DNA of 64,000 nucleotides from Obrimoposthia wandeli. Its lineage: Eukaryota. Below are positions 30,803-40,814 of the stretch, one piece after another (within the stretch, counting starts at the first letter, position 1; each line of letters begins with the position of its first letter). The DNA lies in assembly GCA_977020255.1 (NCBI GenBank), contig CDROCS010002317.1, positions 1 to 64,000 of the forward strand, written 5' to 3'. The position numbers and the translations under genes were made by a program. The notes under the pieces are model-generated. The model searched no databases and was not told the origin of the DNA. It worked only from the letters and a program-made list of their open reading frames with translations.

Positions 30803-30899
30803 AGATATCTCACGTGATTTAGCGGTGGTGCAGCTTACAGCATAGCGGGTTCTAGAGCCATGGCTTGTTTTTGGCTAATGACAGTCAGTAATTAATCGT

Positions 30900-30921
30900 A
30901 TGTCACCAAACTGTCATAAAA
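30900..30921 (+). promoter_or_regulatory. Pho box upstream of the alkaline phosphatase
   Basis: ATGTCAC-caaa-CTGTCAT-aaaa: two half-sites at 11-bp pitch matching the PhoB consensus. Confidence 0.8.
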
Positions 30922-31025
30922 CAGATCTAAGATGCGCGTTGTTCATACACCTATTTATAAATACAACAAAACGCCGAGCTAACTTTTAAGTTACGAGAGC
31001 GCCGTCAAAACGAAAGGGCATAACA

Positions 31026-32660
31026 ATGCGACCATTAATTAAATTATCGTCGGCTATTTTAACCGCGAGTTTGTTGACCGCTTGTGGTGGTGACAGTTCA
31101 AGCTCTAGTCCTAGCTCAGATAAAGCATCTGCTACTGGCCAGATCAAAAATGTCATCATGATGATTGGCGATGGTATGGGTCCACAGCAAGTAGGTTTGC
31201 TGCAAGACTTTGCGACTCATTCGAAAACCGATATCTATAAAAATCGTGAAACGGCATTAGAGCTGTTTGCTAACTCTGGTCAGCTGGCATTGTCTAGCAC
31301 AACCCCTGTAGGCGGTTTGGTGGTTGACTCTGCTTGTTCAGCAACTCAATTAGCGACAGGTAAACCGTCATTGAGCGAAGTGGTGGGTTTAGATATTGAA
31401 GGTAATAGTACGGATACTATTTTGGAAATGGCGAAAGCGGCGGGTAAATCAACGGGCTTGATTTCTGATACGCGTATTACTCATGCAACTCCTGCTGCGT
31501 TTGCTGCCCACCAAGCACATCGTTCTATGGAGAACGAAATTGCTGTGGATATGTTGGAGAATAACGTCGATGTATTATTAGGCGGTGGTCTGCGTTATTG
31601 GATTCCTCAAGGGTCGACATCCGCTAATACAGATTTGGTAACGCTCATCAACGAGCCAAGCGTTAAAATCAAATCTAAGCGTAAGGATGATCGTAATCTA
31701 TTAACCGAAGCGCAAACTGCAGGTTATTCGTTAGCCTTTAACGCTGATCAGTTAGATGCCGTAGAAGGCCAAAAAGTTTTAGGCTTGTTCAGCTACAGCG
31801 CGATGCTTGATGGTATTTCTTATAGCACGTGTAAAAAAGCGGGTGATTGCGTGCAGCCAAGTTTGGCTGAGATGACCAAAAAAGCATTGGATATTTTATC
31901 TAAAGACGAAGATGGTTTTTTCTTAATGGTTGAAGGTGGCCAGATTGACTGGGCGGCTCATAATAATGATGCGGGTGATATGCTGCATCAGTTATTAAAG
32001 TTTGATGAATCGATTCAAGCGGTTTATGACTGGGTGAAAGATCGCGACGATACGTTAGTGGTTATTACGGCGGATCATGAAACCGGTGGTTTTAGTTTCT
32101 CATATAGCCGTAAGGATATTCCAGAAGCAGATTTGACCATTGTCGGCGACGCTTTCGTTGAATCGAATCGTGACTACAAGCCAAACTTCAATTTTGCTAA
32201 TCCTGATTTGCTGGATAAATTGTACGCTCAGAAGAAAGATTTTTATAACATCTGGTATGAAGCGGGTGGTGATTTAGGCGATGTAGAACCTACTTCAGTT
32301 GATTTATTGGCCGCCATTAATAGCAATACAGAGTTCCCTCTGACTCAAGCCGATGCTGATCGCATTTTAGAGCACGAAGAAAATATCTATCAGGAGACAG
32401 GGCATAAATATTTAAAGACGGCTACCTTCCCTAAAGTTGATGATTTTGAAGAGTTCTATGTGTATGGCGAAGAGGTTCACTTAGACCTTATGGGTCGTGC
32501 CTTAGCTAAGCATCAGAATACCGTATGGTCTACGGGTACTCATACGCATACACCGGTTCAAGTGATTGCTTGGGGACCTAAAGATGGGCAAGATCGCTTT
32601 AAAGGCTTGATGAACCATGTTGAAGTTGGCGCACAATTGATTGAAGCGATGAAAAACTAA
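31026..32660 (+). CDS. phoA: Alkaline phosphatase (PhoA family), lipoprotein
   Basis: Lipobox LTAC; IGDGMG, VDSACSAT (catalytic Ser), THATPA, EGGQIDWAAH and TADHETGG motifs. Confidence 0.93.
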   Translation: MRPLIKLSSAILTASLLTACGGDSSSSSPSSDKASATGQIKNVIMMIGDGMGPQQVGLLQDFATHSKTDIYKNRETALELFANSGQLALSSTTPVGGLVVDSACSATQLATGKPSLSEVVGLDIEGNSTDTILEMAKAAGKSTGLISDTRITHATPAAFAAHQAHRSMENEIAVDMLENNVDVLLGGGLRYWIPQGSTSANTDLVTLINEPSVKIKSKRKDDRNLLTEAQTAGYSLAFNADQLDAVEGQKVLGLFSYSAMLDGISYSTCKKAGDCVQPSLAEMTKKALDILSKDEDGFFLMVEGGQIDWAAHNNDAGDMLHQLLKFDESIQAVYDWVKDRDDTLVVITADHETGGFSFSYSRKDIPEADLTIVGDAFVESNRDYKPNFNFANPDLLDKLYAQKKDFYNIWYEAGGDLGDVEPTSVDLLAAINSNTEFPLTQADADRILEHEENIYQETGHKYLKTATFPKVDDFEEFYVYGEEVHLDLMGRALAKHQNTVWSTGTHTHTPVQVIAWGPKDGQDRFKGLMNHVEVGAQLIEAMKN

Positions 32661-32702
32661 CAGCAACTTTGTATTGCTGGTTTTTTAAAGTGGGTAAAAA
32701 AC

Positions 32703-32734
32703 GCCGACTTATCGATGGCAGTTAATAAGTCGGC
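32703..32734. terminator. Hairpin between convergent phoA and peroxidase genes
   Basis: GCCGACTTAT/ATAAGTCGGC, a 10-bp stem. Confidence 0.55.
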
Positions 32735-32777
32735 AAAGGGGTCGATCACATACTGGAAAGGAGGGGTTTTCTATTCT

Positions 32778-34379
32778 CTATAAGCTTTGGCCGTTTTGAT
32801 TAATCGCATTCAGCTGGTGGTTATCAGGTGCTTCATTCGTAGTAGGAATCCAGTCGCTTAGACAATCACTATTTTCGACACAGGGGTCGGTCAAGGCCTC
32901 TAAGAAACTGACGAGCTGATCGACTTCATTATCGTTAAGGCGAATTCGTCCAAGGCGACTTGTTTGGGCTTGCTGCTCTTGGTTCAGCTTTGCAACCGCT
33001 TGCTGACTGTTGGTCTGTGCATTGGGGTATAAGTTATTGCAGGTGGTATGGCCGCTCGCGATTAGATTATCGAATTGGTCTAGCTGGCAATGTTCGTCAC
33101 GGCGGAAGTAGCCTTGCACTGATCCTTGAGGATTAATGTAGTGGCGCACAATACGCTCTAATGAGTCGAAGCTACCAGAATGGCCGTAAGGTGCCGTTAC
33201 CTTTAAATTTAATAAGGATGCGGTACGGAAGTGATATCGATCATCGTCATTATTGGTTTCACGGGCGAGGCCAAAGTCATCATCTCCAGTGCTCCCATCA
33301 CCTTTGCCAGGTCCAATTTGTGGGAAGGCAACAACATGATGCTGTTCGTCACTGAATAGTTCGCCATTGTGGCATGCAACACATCCCGCTCCGCCGTCTT
33401 GTGGTGTGGTAAAGAATAACGAGGCACCTTGTTTCTGTTGTTCCGTTATTGCGGCGAGATCGCCATTCATATAACTCTGCCAAGGATGGTCAGCGAACTG
33501 CATAGAGCGTTCATATTCGCCGAGGGCATGAGCGATGTTGTTGAAGCTGATTAAGTTTTCGGCGCTATCATTACTGGCAAACGCTTGCTGGAATTCAACC
33601 AACCAGTCGTTATTACCTAGCTCTCCTGCACCGTCGCCATAATCGCCGATGCGTGCGGCTAAGTGGTCACGAACTTCTTCATTAGTATTTCCTGATTCGA
33701 AACGAGTGCCGCGCATTTCTTCTGCTGAGGTCACTGGGAAGCGAGCTTGAGCCGCTGCCATATTCTGTCCGGCGTTAGCATCTAAGGTATTGAAATCAGA
33801 ATCTGGCGTTCTGATATTGCCATTAGCGCCATTGGTGCCCGCAACAACGTTAAGCGACTGGACGCGTGAATCATGAAACATTCCTCTATCCCAGAAACCG
33901 GCATTGAAGACTGTCGGAGCATTTCTAGGCACTTCGGGTAAACCATTATTATGGACTCGACCCTGGCCTAATAGGTCAGGATTTTCTGCATCGACACCGA
34001 CTGAAAATGATAGCTGATCAGCACCGCCTAACAAGGGATGGTGGCACGTTACGCAAGCGCTATTAAAGTCTCCACCAAGGCCTTTTGTGAAGAATAATTT
34101 TTTACCCAATTGAGGTAGGGCTTCGCTGATATCGGGTAAGTCCCGTTGTGGATGTTGATTCAGATTTAATTGAGTAATCATCTGACTTAGTTGAATATCA
34201 AGCATCGTTGCCGCAGGGTTATCGGGTGCTTCAGTTTGCTGCTCTTCTTCCTGTAGTGGGTTTTCTTCGCCAAGCTCTTCGGCTTGCTCCATCACTTCTT
34301 CTTTTGTAGGGAGATTACAACCGCTTAATACGATCGCCAAACCCATTGTAATGCTCGTTTTGATTATTGACTGTGCCAT
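32778..34379 (-). CDS. Di-heme cytochrome c peroxidase/MauG-superfamily lipoprotein
   Basis: Lipobox LSGC; CVTCH and CVACH heme motifs; RNAPTVFN, FRTASLLNL..TAPYGHSG and LVSFLEALTD. ATG at 34379 preferred. Confidence 0.9.
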   Translation of the reverse strand: MAQSIIKTSITMGLAIVLSGCNLPTKEEVMEQAEELGEENPLQEEEQQTEAPDNPAATMLDIQLSQMITQLNLNQHPQRDLPDISEALPQLGKKLFFTKGLGGDFNSACVTCHHPLLGGADQLSFSVGVDAENPDLLGQGRVHNNGLPEVPRNAPTVFNAGFWDRGMFHDSRVQSLNVVAGTNGANGNIRTPDSDFNTLDANAGQNMAAAQARFPVTSAEEMRGTRFESGNTNEEVRDHLAARIGDYGDGAGELGNNDWLVEFQQAFASNDSAENLISFNNIAHALGEYERSMQFADHPWQSYMNGDLAAITEQQKQGASLFFTTPQDGGAGCVACHNGELFSDEQHHVVAFPQIGPGKGDGSTGDDDFGLARETNNDDDRYHFRTASLLNLKVTAPYGHSGSFDSLERIVRHYINPQGSVQGYFRRDEHCQLDQFDNLIASGHTTCNNLYPNAQTNSQQAVAKLNQEQQAQTSRLGRIRLNDNEVDQLVSFLEALTDPCVENSDCLSDWIPTTNEAPDNHQLNAINQNGQSL

Positions 34380-34443
34380 GAGATTCTTCGCCTCTTTCTG
34401 ACTTGTGATCATTTTGTGATACTGAGTTTCAGATTAGAGAGGT

Positions 34444-34484
34444 AATGTGCAAGACGGATGGATCAAATGTGCAGGCAATGTGTA
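34444..34484. promoter_or_regulatory. Phased direct repeats, candidate OmpR-family (BaeR-like) binding sites
   Basis: AATGTGCA (34444), AATGTGCA (34466), AATGTGTA (34477): offsets of 22 and 11 bp. Confidence 0.6.
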
Positions 34485-34568
34485 AGTGAGCCTTTTTATG
34501 CTCATAAATGCAGAAAATGTGATCGGCTTCTCGTATAGTAAGATTATCTTCTTGTTCAGGTTTTTATC

Positions 34569-36164
34569 GTGCGTGTTCAATACAAGTTATTCGCTATCAC
34601 TTTATTCGCTTCTTTTGTTCTGGTTGCCTCTATGCTGGCGCTTGCTCAGTGGAGTTTTGACCGTGGTCTTTTAGAGCATGTGAATAAGCGAGCATTGCAG
34701 CAATATACCCGGTTGTCGGAACAGCTTGAGAGCCATTATCAGGAACACGGTAATTGGCAGGCTTTGAGTCGCTCTCGTTATACCTGGTTACAGTTACAGA
34801 CTGATGCTGGGATAGAGGTTGAACCAAGAGAGCTGCAACGTGCTCGAGAAGACTCGGCCCTAAAATCTTCTGAGCATAAACCAAGACGCCGATACGAGAG
34901 AAGGAGTCAGCAATTTGATGGATCGCACGATGGCCAGTTTGATCCTCGAGGACCCAGAGCTCAAGATGATCACAGACCCCCGCATAGGGATCGACCACCT
35001 CCACGAGATCATAGACCGCCACCGCCTGAAGATAGGCCACCGCCTCCTAGGAAAAATCCTAAGAAAGACCCTTCAGCGCTAGTGGACGTTAATAAAAAAT
35101 TGTTGGTAGGTGAATTAGTAAAACCTGAGCATCGCCAATATCTAGAACTTACCCAAGCAGGCAGTATTATTGGTTATGTTGTTTATGCCAATCGAGAACG
35201 CTTATTGGATGATTATGATTTGGATTTATCATCGCAGTTAAGTAGTAATTTATGGTGGATTGCTGGATTAATGATTTTGCTATCGGCATCACTAGCATTG
35301 CCATTTTCCAGGTTATTACTGAGCCCACTTCGACCTATTGTTGAATCAATTCACTCTTTAGCGAAGGGCGACTTCAGTAGTAGGGTAGACGTCGCCAATC
35401 GAGACGAGATTGGCCGTGTGGCAGAAGATATTAATCATCTAGCTCAGCAGTTAGAAGAAGTCGATACCAGTCGTAAGACCTGGTTAGCGAATATCTCTCA
35501 TGAATTGCGCACACCGCTAGCGGTTATGCGGGGAGAGTTAGAGGCCATGCTCGATGGTATTCGTGAATTAAATAAAGACAATCTTGGCTCTGCTCATCAA
35601 GAAGCATTGCACTTACAGCGTTTGGTGGAAGACTTATATCAGCTGACAAGTAGTGAGTTAGGGGATGATAATGTCGCGCAGATGAGCTATCAGAAACAAG
35701 AGTTAGATTTTGCTGCATTGGTCGAAGATGATTTAGAACGCTTTCAGCCTTTGATCGATAAAGCAGGATTAGAATTCAGCTTTATTAATACCGCCCAATT
35801 AGAAAATAAAGATGCTTGGATAAGGGGGGATGCGAACCGGCTATCTCAACTGATTCATAACTTAGTGAATAACAGTATTAAATACACTCAGGCTCCCGGC
35901 AATCTCGTCGCTGAGCTAGTGGTAAAAAATGAGGTGGTTGTATTTACCTTAATGGATTCTGCACCCAGTGTTAAGGAGGGCGAGTTGGAAAAAATATTTG
36001 ATCATTTGTACCGCGCAGAGCAATCGCGCAATCGTAAAACAGGGGGCTCTGGTTTAGGGTTAGCGATCTGTAAACAAATTGCTCAAAGTCATGAGGGTGA
36101 GTTGACGGCGAGCTTGTCGGATTTAGGCGGAATAAAAATGACGCTGTGCTTACCTATAAGTTAA
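34569..36164 (+). CDS. BaeS-like sensor histidine kinase with a Pro/Arg-rich periplasmic insert
   Basis: Two TM helices, HAMP, ISHELRTPL, NLVNNSIKYT, DSAPSV and GGSGLGL. Confidence 0.92.
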   Translation: MRVQYKLFAITLFASFVLVASMLALAQWSFDRGLLEHVNKRALQQYTRLSEQLESHYQEHGNWQALSRSRYTWLQLQTDAGIEVEPRELQRAREDSALKSSEHKPRRRYERRSQQFDGSHDGQFDPRGPRAQDDHRPPHRDRPPPRDHRPPPPEDRPPPPRKNPKKDPSALVDVNKKLLVGELVKPEHRQYLELTQAGSIIGYVVYANRERLLDDYDLDLSSQLSSNLWWIAGLMILLSASLALPFSRLLLSPLRPIVESIHSLAKGDFSSRVDVANRDEIGRVAEDINHLAQQLEEVDTSRKTWLANISHELRTPLAVMRGELEAMLDGIRELNKDNLGSAHQEALHLQRLVEDLYQLTSSELGDDNVAQMSYQKQELDFAALVEDDLERFQPLIDKAGLEFSFINTAQLENKDAWIRGDANRLSQLIHNLVNNSIKYTQAPGNLVAELVVKNEVVVFTLMDSAPSVKEGELEKIFDHLYRAEQSRNRKTGGSGLGLAICKQIAQSHEGELTASLSDLGGIKMTLCLPIS

Positions 36165-36231
36165 CTTAGTGTGTGCACTAAACGGGTAGGCAGATAGGCA
36201 GGCAACAAATAGACAAGCGATAGGAGAAAGT

Positions 36232-36951
36232 ATGACGAGTACTATTTTAATTGTCGAAGATGAGCCTAAGCTAGCACAATTGCTGGTGGATTATTTAAAG
36301 CAAAGTGGTTTTGAAACGTACGTAATTGGTGATGGTCAGCAAGCTCTGGATTGGATTAAACAGAACCATTTGAGCATTGATTTTATTATTCTAGACCTCA
36401 TGTTACCGAATCTTGATGGTATGGAAATTTGTAAAGCGGTACGTCAGTTTTCAATACTCCCCATCTTAATGGCGACAGCCAGAGTAGAAGAAATTGATCG
36501 CTTAATAGGCTTAGAGCTGGGTGCCGATGACTATCTTTGTAAACCCTATAGTCCTAGAGAAGTCGTTGCCCGGGTTAAGGCTATTCTTCGCCGCTGTATT
36601 GTCGTTCAGCAGCAAGCAAAGGCTGAGCCAGAGCATCGCCAGCCCGCTGCAGAATTAATCGCCGGTTTGGTTCTGGAAGAAGAAAAGTATAAAGCCACGT
36701 TAAATGGCATTGGATTAGAGTTAACCGCTGTTGAATTTCAAATACTGGTTATTTTAGCCAAAGAACCTGGCCGTATTTTTAGTCGGCAGCAGTTAATGGA
36801 CGGTGGTTATCAAGATCACCGAGTTGTGAGTGACCGTACTATCGATAGTCATATTCGTAAGCTGAGAAAGCGGATACATGAGAAATGCCCCGAGAGCGAA
36901 ATAATTCATTCTGTTTACGGGGTTGGTTATAAGTTTGAGCTACTTAGCTAG
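36232..36951 (+). CDS. BaeR-like OmpR-family response regulator
   Basis: VEDE, LDLMLP, GADDYLCKP, DRTIDSHIRKLRK and YGVGYK motifs. Confidence 0.93.
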   Translation: MTSTILIVEDEPKLAQLLVDYLKQSGFETYVIGDGQQALDWIKQNHLSIDFIILDLMLPNLDGMEICKAVRQFSILPILMATARVEEIDRLIGLELGADDYLCKPYSPREVVARVKAILRRCIVVQQQAKAEPEHRQPAAELIAGLVLEEEKYKATLNGIGLELTAVEFQILVILAKEPGRIFSRQQLMDGGYQDHRVVSDRTIDSHIRKLRKRIHEKCPESEIIHSVYGVGYKFELLS

Positions 36952-36972
36952 TAAGCAATAATCATCAAAAGA

Positions 36973-37575
36973 CTATGGACGCCAGCATCGAAGTAACTCT
37001 TGAATAGCTTGGCCACGATGGCTTAAAACATTCTTTCTGTCTTTGCTCAGTTCGGCAGAGCTACACGCTTCACTAGGGACAAGAAATACTGGGTCATAGC
37101 CAAAGCCTTGTGCGCCAGAAGGTTCAGTTAAAATCTGTCCTTCCCAGCTGCCTTGGAATACTTGCGGTGTAGGGTCATTCTCATGGCGCATGTAAACCAG
37201 AACACATTGAAAACGAGCGGTTCGTTTTTCTGGGGGCACATTGATAAGGGTATCTAATAGCTTTAGGTAATTCGCTTCATCACTGGTATTGCCATTTTCA
37301 TCAGCGGCATAACGTGCGCTATAAATACCGGGTGCGCCTTGCAGTGCATCAACTTCTAAACCGGAATCATCGGCTAACGCAGGTAGGCCAGAAAACCGGC
37401 AGGCGTTGCGAGCTTTAATAATCGCGTTTTCAACAAAGCTTAAGCCAGTCTCTTCCGCTTCAATGGTATCAAATTCATTTTGTGGGATGACTTGAATGTT
37501 TTTGTCTGCAAAAAGCTGCGAGAATTCACGCAGCTTACCTTGGTTGCCACTGGCTAGAACGAGTTTTTCAATCAT
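36973..37575 (-). CDS. rdgB: dITP/XTP pyrophosphatase
   Basis: [31 protein letters not shown] and SHRG motifs. Confidence 0.96.
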   Translation of the reverse strand: MIEKLVLASGNQGKLREFSQLFADKNIQVIPQNEFDTIEAEETGLSFVENAIIKARNACRFSGLPALADDSGLEVDALQGAPGIYSARYAADENGNTSDEANYLKLLDTLINVPPEKRTARFQCVLVYMRHENDPTPQVFQGSWEGQILTEPSGAQGFGYDPVFLVPSEACSSAELSKDRKNVLSHRGQAIQELLRCWRP

Positions 37576-37589
37576 AGGAGAGTCTTATC

Positions 37590-38084
37590 TTATTCTTCTT
37601 CGTAGAAGCGCTGGCTAAATTTAACATCGAAATTTTTCTGCTTGGCATTGCTCGGTACAATATCAAGGTCGAAGTTATACATGTCGCCATCATCAAAACT
37701 GAAGGTAGTGATGTAATAAATGGCTTGGCCTTCGCGTACACGGCGGAATTCAAGTTCTCGGCTTTGACCAATCAAGTTGCGAATCGAGCCGGTTACCTTG
37801 GCATCAAGAGCTGCAGGTATTTGACCACCTTTGGTTTCCTGTAATACCGCAATATTCAAGAATCCTAATGAGCGAGAGCGTGGAATGTCGTAAATTTTAG
37901 AGACTTCTGGCGTTAAAAAGCTGCTGTTTAAACCCATGTAATGGACTTCGTATTCACCAAAGACCAACTTCTGTTCGGCGCTCGCGCTGACAGAGATTAA
38001 GCACAGTAAAAACGCACCGATTAAATACGATAAACGGTGAAAGGGAAGATGGGTAAAAATTGAACCCGTTTTAAACTTAAACAT
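37590..38084 (-). CDS. DUF4426-family exported protein
   Basis: VHY..LNSSFLTPEV...YDI.RS, and FRRVREGQAIYYI; metW-DUF4426-rdgB synteny; AGGAGG SD. Confidence 0.85.
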   Translation of the reverse strand: MFKFKTGSIFTHLPFHRLSYLIGAFLLCLISVSASAEQKLVFGEYEVHYMGLNSSFLTPEVSKIYDIPRSRSLGFLNIAVLQETKGGQIPAALDAKVTGSIRNLIGQSRELEFRRVREGQAIYYITTFSFDDGDMYNFDLDIVPSNAKQKNFDVKFSQRFYEEE

Positions 38085-38095
38085 GATAAAGCCTC

Positions 38096-38707
38096 CTATC
38101 GGCTGATATGATAAACCGCAGTTTCACCAAGCATGGAAGGCCATAGGCCTATACTCCAATGCTCGTTATGTTGGCCATCCACAACCGTCTTGTTTAAGAT
38201 GCGAATGCCTTTGCTGTGGCAAAGTTGTTCAAAGTCTTTGAAAGTACACAGGTGGATGTTTGGCGTATCGTACCAATTATAGGGTAGCGATTCAGACATC
38301 GGCATACGACCCTTCAATAACAAGTATAGGCGTGTTCGCCAATAACCGAAATTAGGAAATGTAACGATTGCTTGGTTACCAATGCGTAACATTTCATCAA
38401 CGAGTACATCGGGGCTTTGTACGGCTTGTAACGCCTGAGCCATAATGACGGTATCAATGCTGTTATCTTTAAAATTACTGAGCCCTGTATCAAGGTTTTG
38501 CTCGATTACATTGATGCCATTTTTTATACAATGTGTAATTTTATCGGGGCTAATTTCTAAGCCGTAACCCCGCACGCCTTTTTCTGCCTTCAAAAAACTA
38601 AGCAGTTCGCCTTTACCACACCCTAGGTCAAGAACCTGACTATTAGGCTTAACCCATTGTTGGATAATCGTTAGATCAGGGCGAAGATCTGTTAATGCTT
38701 GGCTCAT
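38096..38707 (-). CDS. metW: Methionine biosynthesis protein MetW
   Basis: VLDLGCGKG and WYDTPNIHLCT; coupled to metX through TAATG. Confidence 0.95.
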   Translation of the reverse strand: MSQALTDLRPDLTIIQQWVKPNSQVLDLGCGKGELLSFLKAEKGVRGYGLEISPDKITHCIKNGINVIEQNLDTGLSNFKDNSIDTVIMAQALQAVQSPDVLVDEMLRIGNQAIVTFPNFGYWRTRLYLLLKGRMPMSESLPYNWYDTPNIHLCTFKDFEQLCHSKGIRILNKTVVDGQHNEHWSIGLWPSMLGETAVYHISR

Positions 38708-39885
38708 TATAAATCTCCAGCAGTTGCAGTATGGGTAAGCACAGGGATATCACCTTCGACTCTTTCCATATAGGCACTGAATACATCGAGATAGCGTGGG
38801 ATAGGCAGTAAAAAGGCATCATGACCGTTTTCAGACTCGATGCAGGCATAGCTGACATCTTTATCGGCTTGCATCAACGCATTAACAATTTCTTCTGAGC
38901 GATCAGGTGCAAAGCGCCAATCAGTCGTGAAAGAGGCAACGAAAAATTTGCACTTAGCGTGGCTCAAACATTTCACTAGATCGCCATCGTGATCGATAGT
39001 CGGATCAAAATAATCCAATGCTTTGGTCATCAGCATGTAGGTATTGGCATCAAATTGAGTACTGAATTTCTGCCCTTGGTAATGCAAATAGCTTTCTACT
39101 TGGAACTCCGGCGTATAGCTGAAGCTCAGTTCGTCTGCTTTTAGATCGCGACCAAACTTTTCTTTCATCGCATCCCCAGACATGTAGGTTAAATGTCCAA
39201 GCATGCGGGCTTGAGATAGGCCTGCCTTGGGAACAACACCGTGATCCATGTATCGACCAGCATGAAAGTCAGGGTCTTTACTGATGGCTTGGCGGGCTAC
39301 TTCATTAAAGGCAATGTTTTGTGCCGAGAGTTTCGGAGCAGAGGCAATCACTAAGGCATGACGCAAGCGATCTGGATATTGAATAGACCAGCGTAAAACC
39401 TGCATTCCACCTAGTGAACCACCGACTACCGCGGCCCATTGGTGAATATTCAGAAAGTCCGCTAAACGTTTCTGACTGCGTACCCAGTCGCGGACGGCGA
39501 CGATTGGGAAGTCAGGTCCGTAAATTTTGCCTGTTTCTGGGTTGATGCTCGTCGGGCCTGTAGATCCGGAGCAGCCACCGAGATTATTCAGACAGACAAC
39601 AAAGAACTTGTTGGTATCAATGGATTTACCTGGGCCAATACAGGTATCCCACCAACCTGGACGCTTATCATCCATGCTGTGGTAGCCCGCTGCATGGTGA
39701 TCACCGCTGAGTGCGTGGCAAATCAAGATGGCATTGCTTGAATCAGAGTTGAGTGTGCCGTAGGTCTCGTAGATCAGTTCATAAGATTCGAGTATTCGAC
39801 CGCTGCGTAATGTTAAAGGCTCATCAAAACGTTGAGTTTTAGGGCTGATGATACCGACGCTATCGTCTGGAATTTGTGCTGGCAT
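38707..39885 (-). CDS. metX: Homoserine O-acyltransferase MetX
   Basis: CHALSGD, GGSLGGM and GHDAFL motifs. Confidence 0.95.
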   Translation of the reverse strand: MPAQIPDDSVGIISPKTQRFDEPLTLRSGRILESYELIYETYGTLNSDSSNAILICHALSGDHHAAGYHSMDDKRPGWWDTCIGPGKSIDTNKFFVVCLNNLGGCSGSTGPTSINPETGKIYGPDFPIVAVRDWVRSQKRLADFLNIHQWAAVVGGSLGGMQVLRWSIQYPDRLRHALVIASAPKLSAQNIAFNEVARQAISKDPDFHAGRYMDHGVVPKAGLSQARMLGHLTYMSGDAMKEKFGRDLKADELSFSYTPEFQVESYLHYQGQKFSTQFDANTYMLMTKALDYFDPTIDHDGDLVKCLSHAKCKFFVASFTTDWRFAPDRSEEIVNALMQADKDVSYACIESENGHDAFLLPIPRYLDVFSAYMERVEGDIPVLTHTATAGDL

Positions 39886-40052
39886 GGATGCTTATACACT
39901 TAAGACAGTTTGAATGAGGGGGATTATAGCGAGTATTGCTGAGAAATTCAGGGGCAATATACCCCTGAGAGTTATTGATAGATGTCGCGAAAAACTAAGT
40001 GCTTAATTAGAGCGAAGTTTTTCTCTTAATCTAAATGCCTAAATTTCTAACA

Positions 40053-40637
40053 TTAAATTCCTAAGACAAGGCCTGAAGGCATGCCACTCGCTTGCGCTAG
40101 CCCTTTGATTACTAATATTTCTAAAACTTGAATCAATAGAAAAGCAACGATCGGAGAAAGGTCGATTCCGCCCATATCGGGTAATATTTTGCGGATAGGC
40201 TTGATCGCGGGCTCTAAAATTTGATTAATAAGTATCAGCACGGGGTTGTAGGAATTAGGGGCTACCCAAGAAGCAATCACCGTGATCAACAATCCCCAAA
40301 AGTAGACTTTTAATAACAGGCTTAACACGCCAATAGCGGCCCACAATGGAACTTCTAGAGAGGGCTGGATACCATTGAGTAATAAAATGAGTACGATGGC
40401 AATCGCTTGAACTAATAAGGCTAATACAAGAGAAGCAATGTCGATTCCACCCCAACCAGGGATAACTTTACGTAATGGGATCAGTGGTGGGTTAGTCGCT
40501 TTAACAATAAATTGTGAAACAGGATTGTAAAAATCAGCGCGTACAAGCTGTAATAAAAAGCGCAATACCACGACCAACAAATACAAACCGACTAAGGTAT
40601 TGATCACTAACATGCCCGCTTGGGTAAGGGGGGTCAT
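40053..40637 (-). CDS. yggT: YggT family membrane protein
   Basis: ADFYNPVSQF and GGIDLSPI; follows proC. Confidence 0.93.
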   Translation of the reverse strand: MTPLTQAGMLVINTLVGLYLLVVVLRFLLQLVRADFYNPVSQFIVKATNPPLIPLRKVIPGWGGIDIASLVLALLVQAIAIVLILLLNGIQPSLEVPLWAAIGVLSLLLKVYFWGLLITVIASWVAPNSYNPVLILINQILEPAIKPIRKILPDMGGIDLSPIVAFLLIQVLEILVIKGLAQASGMPSGLVLGI

Positions 40638-40814
40638 ATGTACATCTCCGATAAATGCATTGAATAGGGTTGTAAAAGCAACCGTATAAAAAATGTTATG
40701 AAATAAGGTTTGTCATTATGACCTTAAAGATAGAGCCGATGCGGGTAAATTACTACCCTCATCAGACTTTAGAGTGGTCTATCTATACAAATTATTACGA
40801 TAATCTATTTTCGC

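Noticed and set aside
39886-40052. SAM or other riboswitch upstream of metX
   Set aside because: Only simple hairpins (TCAGGGG/CCCCTGA; GAAAAACT/AGTTTTTC), best explained as the yggT terminator; no aptamer consensus recognised.
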